From: Camelus ferus
Taxonomy: Eukaryota
Direction of reading: 5' to 3'
Length of the DNA: 64,000 nucleotides
Assembly: GCF_009834535.1 (NCBI RefSeq)
Contig: NC_045696.1
Coordinates: 79,052,001 to 79,116,000 of the forward strand
Position 1 is the first letter of the stretch; every line of letters starts with the position of its first letter. Under the pieces are notes generated by a model that saw only the letters and a program-made list of their open reading frames with translations, ran no database searches and was not told where the DNA came from. Position numbers and translations under genes: made by a program. This document shows positions 10,726-22,000 of this stretch, one piece after another.

Positions 10726-12786
10726 CTTTTATAATGAATGAATGTGTTGCCCAGCACAAAGTCAACCTACAATGAGGGCTGGTTCTTTCATCCTTTGCTT
10801 CACCAAGCCTCCCCTCAGGGTCACAGGAAGCTCCTTTCAGAGGAGGCTAGAACCCCTCAGATTCCCCTAACTTTCTGTCCTCATCCCTCCCCTGCATAGC
10901 TGGCAGTCAGTCACTTGTGCAGAGTTTCTTCTGAAGGGTGTCCTTGACCTCCTAGTAACAGAATCCCCTGACCCCCCATCTCCCTTCACAACACACAGAG
11001 CTAATCAGAAGTAGATCCATGGTGGACATTTAGCCTCTTTTAGCCCCCTGCACATTTTCTCTGGGAAGACAGGAGCAGACAAAAAGAAAGAGGACAGAAG
11101 AATGCAGCAGGCAGGGTGTCAGATTAGAGACTATAACAAATAGTGGGGAGCCCGAGTCAACTGCTACGGAAAGTCAAGGAGAATGAGGACAGAGAAAAAT
11201 GCCTTAGACTTGTAAGAACTGTGAATATTGACCTCAGAAAGATCATTTTCAGGAGAGTGGTCGGAACACCGAAGGATTGGCCTTATTTCTATTCTGGGCT
11301 TATCAGCAGCTCAACTTTAACAAACCTTTCAGAGACCATTGCTGCAACATGAAGGTCCTGCCTATTTTACTTTAGTTCCTCACATTCTTACGCGGAAAAC
11401 TGTTTCCTCTCAATATTCCTTATCTCCCTAAGCACAGGCAGTCACAGCCCTACAAAGGCATCATGAACACAAACAATCCCAAACACACCGCGCCCTCACT
11501 GCCGGAACCCCCGACTGTGTGTGTTGGTCCTGGAACTCATCCTATTGCTGTTTTCATTTTCAGGTATGTTTATTTTGTCCTTCGCAAGGAGTAAGCACCA
11601 ATAGCATCACTAACTTACCGAGTCTTATCTTTCTTACCTGATGTCTTTGAATGCTTCATTCTCAAGGGGAAGAAAAAAAAAAATCACTTGGAGCCAATGA
11701 AAAGGCTTTGGAAATATAAAAATTAGCTGAGGGATCTTGGACAGCCTTTCCCGAAAGATAACCTTTTGGGGGGTAAAAAAATTGTCTTCTGGATCTGAAG
11801 GTAAAAGTACGAACTGACATTGGAGACTGGGCACCTCCTTCGTAAATGACTGGCTTCTAAGGGAGCCTCTCTTGTTCTCTAATGACCGAGGAGTCTCATG
11901 CTACGTGAAACAACTTCAAGTGAAACTAGAGCCCATTAAGTGAATTATGTTTACATTCAATGAGCAATTTTTGATGCTCAAGTTTATGATAGGTTGTGTG
12001 GAGCATATAAACGGAAAATGTCACATGTTCTTTCCCTCAAGAGTTATGTACATCAAATAACTAAACATTTCAAAACACAAAATAATCAAGCATCACTGGC
12101 TACTGTGGGTTTAGAAGGAAAGGGGTCAGGGGATGGAGTATGTTTCCTTAGTTCTTCAAGATTTCTACAAAAAGGAGAAAGAAAGACCACTTTAAGAATG
12201 TGTCGAGGTTATGAAAGGTCACATGGACACTCAGGAAACAAAACAGAAGAGATTTAGGACAGCTCTAAACACATACATTTTTTTTTTTCCCCAAAGCAAA
12301 AGACTTTAACTTTTTGTAGTAGCTGTTTTTGGTTTCTTGGGTTTTTTGTTTTTGTTTTTGTGTTAAGAAAGGGGTTTCCTTAAATAAATCAGCAATGGAC
12401 TCAATGAGCAAACTTAGAGGGAATATTCCATAAGATGCAGGAGCATTCTGAGCAGTACTTGTACAAGAAAGATGATAGAAGTTGGCATTAAACTTCATCT
12501 TTATTATGTGCTTATGTGATGAAAAGACCATCCTTAGAATGTTACAGAAGTGGCTTATTGCTGAGAATCTTTCTATGGAAAGGTGTTTCACGTGGAGTCC
12601 ACATCCCATATCACAAGGGCAAAGGATAGAGTTAAATTTCTTGTCCATTTGGTGAATGAGTTGAGAACCAAGTGAGAGAGATAATGCCTGACCCTCAGTG
12701 AATCAGCTTGGTACAATGAATAAGATGTTCCCATTGGCCATACATAGAACAACTAGGAATTAGATCAAAAAAGAATTCAGTTTTTG

Positions 12787-12890
12787 AAAATATGTATGTA
12801 TGTATATGCATAACTGAATCGCTTTGCTATATACCTGAAACTAACCTTGTAAGTGGACTACCCTTCAATAAAAAATAAGAATTAAAAAAA
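12787..12890 (+). mobile_element. Severely 5'-truncated cetartiodactyl-type L1 3' tail
   Basis: 'tatatgcataactgaatcgctttgctatatacctgaaactaac...cttcaataaaaa'. Flanking direct repeat aaaaagaattcagtttttga / aaaaatattcagttttga. Confidence 0.8.
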
Positions 12891-13596
12891 ATATTCAGTT
12901 TTGACCAAAACCTAACAATTCAATGAGGTAGTAAAGCTCCATGACTTGATCGTAGAAATCAAATGAAAGTTAAAACCTGATGAGAACTATATTCTCCAGA
13001 CTCACACCAACTGCCACATTCTCTCTTTCCTACCTTATTGTAATTAATAGTCTTCAGGAGGTTTCATGCCTCATAACATTCTCTGAATAAGAAACATAAT
13101 TTTCCATATTTGCAAATATATTTGTGTCATAAAATACATTCAATATATTTTTATTATTACTGGAGGCATTAATATCAGGCATCATCTCTGCCCTTACTTT
13201 TTGCACCAACAGTTTCTCTCTCAACCTATTAAACTCCCAGTTCTCATAGCATCGTTCTTTAATAATGTTTCACCACATTGTCAATTGTATTTTTTATTGT
13301 TGAAATTACCACCCAATTAATATGCTCAAAACCACTACCTTTGCCTTCCACTATGGCTATTTATTTACTCTTTTCATGAGTTTACTTCAGAGAAAACAAA
13401 AGTGCTAAAACATGCAAAATAGCATTAGTGACATTTTTGGCCTTGAAAATATTACTTATCATAAATTAACACACTACAAAATCAAGTTCATCCTTAACTA
13501 TCAACCTTAGCTGATATCTAAATAGTTTTGCTTCCTATTTCCTTATTTGTGCTTATTAGTAAAGAGTATTTTGTGTGATGGCATGGTGTGGATGCA

Positions 13597-13807
13597 CAGC
13601 TGACCCTTGAATAATGCTGGGCTTAGGCACATGGACCCACAAAAGTCTGAGCAGAATTTGTAGTCTGCCCTCTGCATCCACAGTTCCTCGGTATCTGTGG
13701 ATTCAACTAACCACGAATGGTGAAGTACTATAGTATTGACCATAGAAAAAAATCTGACTATAAGTGGAGCTGCACAGTTTAAACCCATATTGTTCAAGGG
13801 TCAACTG
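13597..13807. mobile_element. Tigger2-derived MITE (Tigger2a/MER8-like)
   Basis: TIRs cagctgacccttgaa ... ttcaagggtcaactg (14/15 complementary), with internal 'tggattcaactaaccac' and 'cacagtttaaacccatattgttc'. Confidence 0.88.
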
Positions 13808-14251
13808 GGCTTGTTCACAGAGCTCTGTGTTATTAAGCATTTGCCCTGAAGGACGTCACATCGCTAGTGTTTTAATCAACATTGTGATCTCTAAGATCAA
13901 GAGATCGTTTTCTCAAGCTTAGTTGTGCTCCTGGAGATCAGCCCACTCGACAGAAAGGTGGTGCACTAGTTTCTGAATCAGGTTTATGGAGAAGACATCA
14001 CTGACAATACTCAGTTTTGAAACATGAACAGAAATCAGTGAGAGCATGCCTGTATATTGTGAATTACAGATAAAAACCTCTTTCCGTAAATACTAGGGTC
14101 ACCAGTTAGAATTTATTCTGGTTTAGCTCCCTGATATTTCTTCCTAGGAATTCTCAGCCTACAGACTTGCCGAAGGTGCCCTCTGAAAAGTGAGAGAAGA
14201 AGGTTCATATAAAATGGAGTCATTGGGAGCTTTGCTTTTCACTCTATGTCC

Positions 14252-14420
14252 GTGGCTTAGCCTGCATGAGAATCACTTGGAGAACTTGTTAAATCACATA
14301 TTTCTGGATCCCATTCCCAGAGTTTCTGATTCAGTATGTCTGCGTGGGTCCTGAAAAACTGCATTTCTAACAAATTCCCAGGTGATGCGGAGGCTGCCCA
14401 GACCACACCCTGAGGACAGT
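14252..14420. mobile_element. MER5A (hAT-Charlie MITE)
   Basis: 'agaatcacttggagaacttgttaaa...cccagagtttctgattcagta...tgcatttctaacaaattcccaggtgatgc'. Confidence 0.85.
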
Positions 14421-14559
14421 CACATCTTTTCCAGGGAATAATCTGCTCCCTCCCTAAAACATGGGTACTTCCCCCCAAGCACCTCCTGCTCTCACGTGTT
14501 CTCCCACAGGCGCTGTGTCTTCAGACCCCATTCATTTCTCTACTGGTCCACCCAGTTCA

Positions 14560-14820
14560 CTCATTCTCAACCCCCCTGAAACATTATCTCCTTTGTGAAG
14601 CTTTCCCTGAGTTACTTTTCTCTGTGAGCCTTTAATAATTTTGACCTGTCTCTACCTTAGCACACTTAAACATCTCTTTCCCACTTGACTGAGCTTTCTG
14701 AAGACAGGAACCTAGTCTCTGTCACTTTGTACTCTCCGAACATAGCCCTGAACCTAGTTACACATCCTAGCACCTAATACATAGGTATTCACCATTTCAT
14801 TGTCTAGGATAAACGAATAC
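14560..14820 (+). mobile_element. L2 3' end fragment
   Basis: 'ctcctttgtgaagctttccctga...cccacttgactgagctttctgaagacaggaacc...cctagcacctaatacatagg'. Confidence 0.6.
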
Positions 14821-15464
14821 TTTTAAGTAAGATCTGCTTTGTCCAGTTAGATATTGTAAGACAATATGAATAAAAAAAAAAGTAGAAAACAGGTCTGCTC
14901 TGAAGGGAAAGAAAGTGAGCAGCTATGCACCTACCCCCTAAAGATGCCCAGGGCAGAAATAGGAAAGCTGGGTTTGTCTGACTCCAGAAACTACAGGGTT
15001 ATATTCTGACTCCCCGGAAGAAACTCAGTTATTCCAGGACGCGAGCTCTTCCACTCGTGATCCCCAGCTTGCCATCTTTTGCCCACACCAGGCGGCCTCA
15101 CTCATTTGACGCTGTTGTTGTTTTCAGTTTATCCAAGGAGTCCCAGTCAGCATGAGGCTGGATAGTATAGTTCTCCTGAGCTTTTTTCCTTTTAAGGCTG
15201 TGAATCTTATTTGGCTTCTGTGAGCAATTCACTAAACTTCACTGCCTCACTTAATTGTTAGTTTTGGGTCAAAAATGAACTGCTTTCACATCACGTCTAG
15301 TTCCTCTGCAATCAGTAAACATCTACGGTGTCCTTAACGTGTTGTGTTATAGAGAGAATAATAAAATATGTTTCCATAGAAGTAGGAGCTTGGCTGGGAG
15401 TTATACTGAAATTTAGCACTGGGGATTTGCTATCGTGGGTCAGAAGATAAAACACAGAAGTGGT

Positions 15465-15700
15465 TATAGTCTTAGTTTATGCAGCATCTCTCCCTAGGTG
15501 GACTCTCAGCTTTGCCACTTTCTAACTGTGTGACTTACAGCATGTTACTTAAGCATCTTGCACCTCAGTTTCCAAATCCATAAAATGGGGATAATAACAG
15601 TACCTAGTTCATACAGTTGCTATGTGCATTAAATGATGTCGTATTTGTCAAGTGCTTAAAAAACCACCTGGCATATGATAATCACGATATAAGAGGATGT
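15465..15700 (+). mobile_element. MIR SINE
   Basis: Well-preserved core 'ctgtgtgacttacagcatgttacttaagc...cctcagtttccaaatccataaaatggggataataacagtacct'. Confidence 0.9.
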
Positions 15701-16879
15701 TAAATAAAACTAATATGTATAAAATAAACCCCCAAAGCCAGGAAGTGTAGAGGAGGCCTGTGGTATTAATATCCAGGTTAAACTATGTGTTTATTTATTT
15801 TATTTTGTTTTTAAGTCTAATCTGAGTTTTAAGAGCTAAGGTCCTCTAGTTCATTGACAATTTTTTTAAAGAATAATATTTATAATATAACACTAATGTT
15901 TTAATTTCTTGCTTAAGTTAATGAATCACCAGGTACACTTAAGAATGAAGAGACACCAACTATCTCTTTAACAATATAAAAAACTACGCCATTTCCCACA
16001 TCAGACCAAATAATATATTGTCTATTTCTTTAATGCAGACTGTATAAAGTTGGTGACACAGAGGATCATACATCTATGAGTGAGGTCAGTGGCCTGAAAC
16101 ACTGACGTACAGCGGGCAGTGGCTATGGGCGCAGATCTGCCAGCATGTGGATTTCTCAGGCAGTTTCACCAGCAACACCATCAGCCCTTTTTATTATTAA
16201 ACGGAATTGCAGATCACCGGCAATAAGACCCTGGATTCCAGCCAGCCCAGCAACACTGAAGCCACACTCCCTCCAGCTCTGCTCTGTAGGGTGAGATGTT
16301 TGTGGATGATAAATGGTAGCAGGACACCGAGGCAGAAGCTGCATTAAGTGGAGCAAACTCAGACTTGGCAAGGCAGAGGAAATGTGCTAAGCACAAACCA
16401 AACACAGCATCAAGCCATGTGGCAAAGCTGTGAGACACCGGGAAGCAGTCGACACTGCCACCAAGACTGCATGTGTCAGAGGCTGCACAGCATCGGGAGC
16501 CTGTGAAACAAGATCACCAAGGACCACACATGGCAATAGGCTGGAGTGAAAGGTTCTGATGACCACACGTCCCCCTGGGTCTCATGCCTACCTGGGAACA
16601 GCAACGGTGTCAGCAGTTTTCAATAGGCTTATCTGACAGTAACCAATGTAACTCAAGATGAATGAACATAATGATGTGTTGAGTTCCTGTTTGTAGTTTT
16701 CAACTGCAATTTTCTGTTTGCTGTTTTAATGGAATTTACTTAATAAAAAGAAACCAGTGCTACGCCATTTTTTTGCATTTTATTAATTTCGCTATATTCA
16801 GACAGAGTAAGTGCTCCCAACAACTGGATTTTCATGAGGAATAAATGAGATATGGTAAGTGAAAACACATAGCAGTTGG

Positions 16880-18420
16880 TTAATCTGTAATATCTTCCTT
16901 AGCCCCTGATAATTTCTCTTATTCTGAAATCATCTACCTCTGAAGTTAACATTGCTACTCCAGCATTCTTTCGATTAGCATGGCATATTTTTCTTTACCC
17001 CTTAACTTTTGATTTGAGCCTTCATATTTAAAATAGGTTTCTTATAGATACATATATTAGAGACTTGTTTTTTTAATCCACCCTCAAAATCTGTCTTTTA
17101 ATTGGTCTGTTTAGACTATTTAAAATTGAATTATTTATTCACATTGTTGGATTAATATCTACCTCGTTTGTAACTCTTTTCTATTTATTTTTGCAGTTTG
17201 TATCTGTCTGCCCACCTTCCCTTTTTATGATGTCTCTGGTTTCAAACAGCATTTTATATGATTCTATTTTATCTCTTCTAGTGTATCAATTATACTTCTT
17301 TAAAAAAAATTATTAGTTGCATTAGAGTTTAAAATACACTATTCAAACTAATTAAATCAACCTTCAGATAACATTACGCCACTTTGCATGTAATACAGGG
17401 TGATTTCTAACAGAGGATTGTCAATTCCTCCTTCTTATCACTTGTGAAACGCATTTTACTTATACACTATAATCACCCAATGCATTGTTACTATTATTGG
17501 TTTAAATAGTTATCTTTTAAGTCAATTAAGAATAGGAAAAATAAAATATTTTATTCTGCCTTCATATATTTCTTCTCTGATGCTTTTTTTCTTCATGTAG
17601 ATCCAAATTTCTGATGCACAGGGTTTTCCTTCTGTCTGAAGAACTTCTTTTAACATTTCTTGTAAAGCAAGTCTGTTGAAAATGAATTCCTTCAGTTTTT
17701 GTTTGTCTACAGAAGTTTTAAGTTCTCTTTCACTTTTGAAAAATAATTTTTCTGAATATATAATTCTAGATTAGTGATTTTTTTCTTTTTTTCAGCACTT
17801 CAAATATTTCATTCCACTCTCTTCCTGCTTGTGCGGTTTCTGACAAAAAGTCTCATGTAATGTTTACCCTTATTCCTCTATAGGTAAGTTGTTTTTCTCA
17901 GACTTCTTTCAATATTTTCCCTTTGTCTTGGATTTTCTGCAGTTTGAGTATGATATGGCTAACTATAGGGATTTTGTTTGGTTTTTTTGGTTGTTGTTTA
18001 CTTGTTTTTTATTTTTGGTATTTATCCTGCTTGGGGTTCTCTGACTTCCCAGGATATGTAGTTTGGTGTGTGTTACTGATTTTACAAAGTTCCTGGCCAT
18101 TATTACCTCCAGGGTTTCTTCTGTTCCAACCTCTCTATCTTTCCTTTCTGATATTTCAATTACACATATGCTATAGCTTTAGAAATTTCCCCACAGTTCT
18201 TGGAAATTCCATTCTGCCTTTTAAATTCTTTTCTTCAAGAGAATTTGCATTACACTTTAGGAAGTTTCTATTTACCTACCTTCAGGCTCATTGATTGTTT
18301 TCTCAGCCATGTCAAGTCCACTAATGAGCCCATCAAAGGCAACCTTCACTTCTCTTACAGTGTCTTTGACTTCTAGCATTTCCTTTTTATTTTTTCTTAG
18401 ATGTTCCATTTCTCTGTGTC
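16880..18420 (-). mobile_element. Old L1M 5' portion (ORF1, inter-ORF region, start of ORF2), decayed
   Basis: ORF 18272-18475 (-) contains L1 ORF1p coiled-coil-like peptide LRKNKKEMLEVKDTVREVKVAFDGLISGLDMAEKTINEPE. The + strand is T-rich, as expected for antisense L1. Confidence 0.85.
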
Positions 18421-18439
18421 TGAAGGGTTTTAACCAATA

Positions 18440-18778
18440 TTCCTTTTTTTTTTTTAATCCCAATTTTATCCTCACTTCTAGAGGTAGCTAACTTGGTAAT
18501 TTCCTGAGACTTTGTGGACTCTGCACTTTAAATGGGGTTGCTTCTTGGTTTCAGATTTAGTTTCCTTGGTAGTATCTAATCATTTATGATTTGTCCATCT
18601 GTTTCCAGATTCCAGAATGTTACTGTTATTTTCCCTCTACCACCGTTCCTCTCTCCACACCTCCTCCCCACCAGGGATAAGCATTTTAAAATAATCTTTA
18701 CTATCATTTTAATGAGGTTTCAGGAGGAAGAATAGGTAAATAAATGTTATTATTCTGTCATCTTTGACCAGAGGCCAA
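18440..18778 (-). mobile_element. HAL1/L1ME-like 5' end remnant
   Basis: 'tctttactatcattttaatgaggtttcaggaggaagaataggtaaataaatgtt...tctgtcatctttgaccagagg' resembles the recalled HAL1 5' terminus. Confidence 0.45.
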
Positions 18779-18967
18779 TTCCACTTGAGGTCAGCAGTCA
18801 CAGTATAGTGTGTGATTAAAAGCACATGCCTTGAAGTGAGAGACACAACATGCGTGGAAATTCAACTTGCCCACAAACTACCCAGATGCTTCTGGCACAG
18901 TAATGAGCCTCACTTTCCTTCTCTATACAATGAGGGTAATTAGAATCTGTAATTTAAAGAGTGTTAA

Positions 18968-19626
18968 TTACCATATAATCCAACAACCCCACTCCTGGGC
19001 ATATATCCGGAGGGAACTCTAATTCGAAAAAAATACATATACTCCAATGTTCACAGCAGCACTATTTTCTATAGCCAAGTCTTGGAGACAACCTAAATGT
19101 CCATTGAAAGATAACTGGATAAAGAAGTTGTGGTATATTTATACAATGGAATGCTACTCAGCCATAAAAAAAGAATAAAATAATGTCATTTGCTGCAACA
19201 TGGATGGACCTGGAGATTGTTATTCTAAGTAAATTAAGCCAGAAAGAGAAAGAAAAATACTGTATTTTCATATGTGGAATCTTAAAAAAAAAAAAAGACA
19301 TACATGAACTTATTTACCAAACAGAAACACACTCACAGACATAGAAAACAAACTATGGTTACTGGGGGAGGGAGGAGAAGGTGGGAAGGGATAAAATCAG
19401 AGTTTGAGACTTGTAGATACTACTATATATAAAACAGATAAGTGAAAAGTTTCTTCTGTATAGCACAGGGAACAATATTCAATATCTTGTAGTAACCTAT
19501 AGTGAGAAAGAATATGAAAAAGCATGTATGTGTATACCTGTATGATTAAAGCATTATGCTGTACACCAGAAATTGATACAGCATTGTAAACTGATTATAC
19601 TTAAATTAAAAAAAAAAAAGAAAAAA
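18968..19626 (+). mobile_element. Younger 5'-truncated L1 (cetartiodactyl/camelid-type) with poly(A), inserted into a MIR
   Basis: ORF2 C-terminal sequence ('ccactcctgggcatatatcc', 'acctaaatgtccattga', 'gcaacatggatggacctggag'), 3'UTR 'ctgtatagcacagggaac...gctgtacaccagaaattgatacagcattgtaaactgattatactt', and an A-tail at 19608-19626. MIR halves flank it (about 18795-18967 and 19627-19710). Confidence 0.93.
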
Positions 19627-19799
19627 GGAGAGGTTAAAAGGATTAAATAAAATAATGCATGCATTATCCAGTGCCATAAAAGTGTGTACTATTATTAATA
19701 ATAATGATAGCCAACACTCATTATATATTTATCATGACCTATACAAAGGTCTATGAGTTTTATGTAAATTAACTCATAATTATGATTCTTGAAATTGAT

Positions 19800-20113
19800 G
19801 GGACCACATTCCCTTATCCTCAATTTCATAAATCAAAGGCTATAAAAATCTAGCTTTTAAAAACTCATTTGAACTGCAAAACTTGACCTGATCTGAATGT
19901 ATTTGAGGGCAAAACTTGACCTGAACTGATGTTAAGTCTTTATTCTATATAGTGTGAATATTCACATGTTTGTTGCAGAAAAATTATATAACTATGATTA
20001 CATTAGTGCAGCACAGTCTCCTTAATGGTGTTTATGCACCATATTACTTCCAAAAACCTGACAAAAATTGGAATTCTGAAATACATCTGGCTCCAAGGGG
20101 ATTGTAGCCCTGT
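19800..20113. mobile_element. Ancient TcMar-Tigger MITE
   Basis: Degenerate TIRs 'ggaccacattcccttatcc' / 'ggattgtagccctg', an internal repeat gcaaaacttgacctga x2, and 'ggaattctgaaatacatctggctccaagg'. Confidence 0.65.
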
Positions 20114-21449
20114 GTAAATGTTTATAACCTTCCCCCTGAACCTTACCTGCTAGCCTTTAGTTTTGCTTATTAGGGTAACAAGTAGAGTTGCTGAGCTCAA
20201 CGTGAGAAACAGAAGTAAAGCTGTATGAGGAAGAAGAACTAAATAAATACAAAGTTAGAGGGGACGGTGTGAGAGAGGAGAGTTGGAGTTGCTGAGAGAG
20301 CCTAAGAAGATAGACTTCGGAGGGAGCAGTTGACAGGCTGACTAGGACTTTGGGCAGACAGCTGGGTAAGTGACATTTTCTGGAATTCCTTCCAGGTGCT
20401 ACACTATGCAACAACTTCAGCACAGGCTTATATTGCTTCAAAGTCTTCATGAAGTCCTATTTCTGTGTTTAGGGTTTTTTTTCTTTCTTTCTTTTTAATG
20501 GAACTGGCTCTAACTTAGCCAAGTTTTATTTGGCTTACCCTTCTAGCTATATTCTTCTTGAATACCTAGGACAGTCAGCTTCTTGCACACAACTGCTACT
20601 CAGTAAATGTCTTTGAATTGAATTATAATGATCCTTACAGCATGAATGCATTGTGGAAAGATTTTAGTATAGAAGCAGTACACAATATGGAAAGAGGTAA
20701 GGTTAGGAACAGAATGTCTAGCAACTTGGCTCCAAGTTCTGCCTTTGTTGTTAATAAGCTGTATAATAGAGGAGGTTTTGTTTGCTTTTTGGATCTCAAG
20801 TGCAGAGAATTGGGTTAACTATGCCTAACATTTCATGGCACATGGTCATGTATTCTAAAGCTGATTGTTTGTTTGTTTGTTGTTTGTTTCCCCCTTTATT
20901 CCTGACCACTTCTTTTAGCCAACTTCCCCTCACCTTTTACTCTACTATGCTTGATATGTGTCCTGAGTTATGCTGATAAAATATGTAGTAGTGTTTTATG
21001 TTTATCTGTTCTCTATTTATATGAGTAGTGTTTGTGATATAGTCTACATTTTAGTTGTGGGTTTTCTTTTGTTCACTTAAGATTTTTAAGATTAGCCATA
21101 TGGCTCTATGTACATGTTGGGTGATTAGGATTTTTAAAAATCATCTCCAGTAATTATTTTTATCCACTTAGTCATCCCAAACTATTTATTCGTATCAAAT
21201 ACATTCAAGGCACAACAATAAAGGGCATTGTGTTTGGCCTCTGGGAATAGAGGATTAAATAAAAGATTACATCTGAAAAAATTTTCAACTTTTTTTTTTT
21301 ACTATTTTTAAATTTTTAGTAAAAGGTTTGAAGATACTGATAAAACGGCCTCCTTTCTCTCTTAGGTTATATGAAGATATTTCCCATCAAATACAAGTTG
21401 TTACCAATTTGGGACTTTTTAAACATAGGAGTTTTACACAGCTAAGCTC

Positions 21450-22000
21450 TGCTGGGGTATCCAGTGTCACCCGGCAGTCTTATCAGTGCTTCTCTGCAGC
21501 AGTAACTTTTTCTCCATAAAGGCCAATCCAGTTGACACTCCTGTCAACAGGACACAGGTGTTCCTGGCTTCCCACATCCTCAGCAATCCTGAAAGAGATC
21601 CACCTTCCTACTTTTTGCCTGTCAGAGTGATATAAAATGCCATGTCATTGCTTTAATTTGCATTTCCCCTCCTTACTAATAAGTTGAAACATTGCTTTAT
21701 AAGCTTATTATCCACTTGGGCTTCCCCTTCTGTATCTCTCCTTTCCTAAATACTCTGTCCATTTTCTCTCGGAGTCCCTGACATTGTTGTTGATTTAAAG
21801 GCATTCCTAGTATATTCTGATAATAAGCTCCTTTATCAATTTTACAGGCTGAAAATACCTTCTGTTAAGCTGTGATCTTTCTTTCAGTTTTGTGTATAAT
21901 ATCACTCATTGAACAGAACATCTTAATTTTCCTGTTTATGCTTTGTATTTTGGGTTCGTGTTTTTTGAGTCATGTTTAAGTCATATTTTGTAACCTTAAG
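21450..22000 (-). mobile_element. Old L1M ORF2 remnant
   Basis: 'cccacatcctcagcaa', 'cattgctttaatttgcatttcccct', 'tatattctgataataagctcctttatca'. Confidence 0.7.

Noticed and set aside
17923..18294. 123-aa hydrophobic ORF resembling a membrane protein
   Set aside because: Antisense to the A-rich L1 ORF1 region; the T-rich strand produces F/L-rich spurious ORFs.
21531..21548. GTTGACA-CTCC-TGTCAAC palindrome
   Set aside because: Short and inside a decayed L1; expected by chance.
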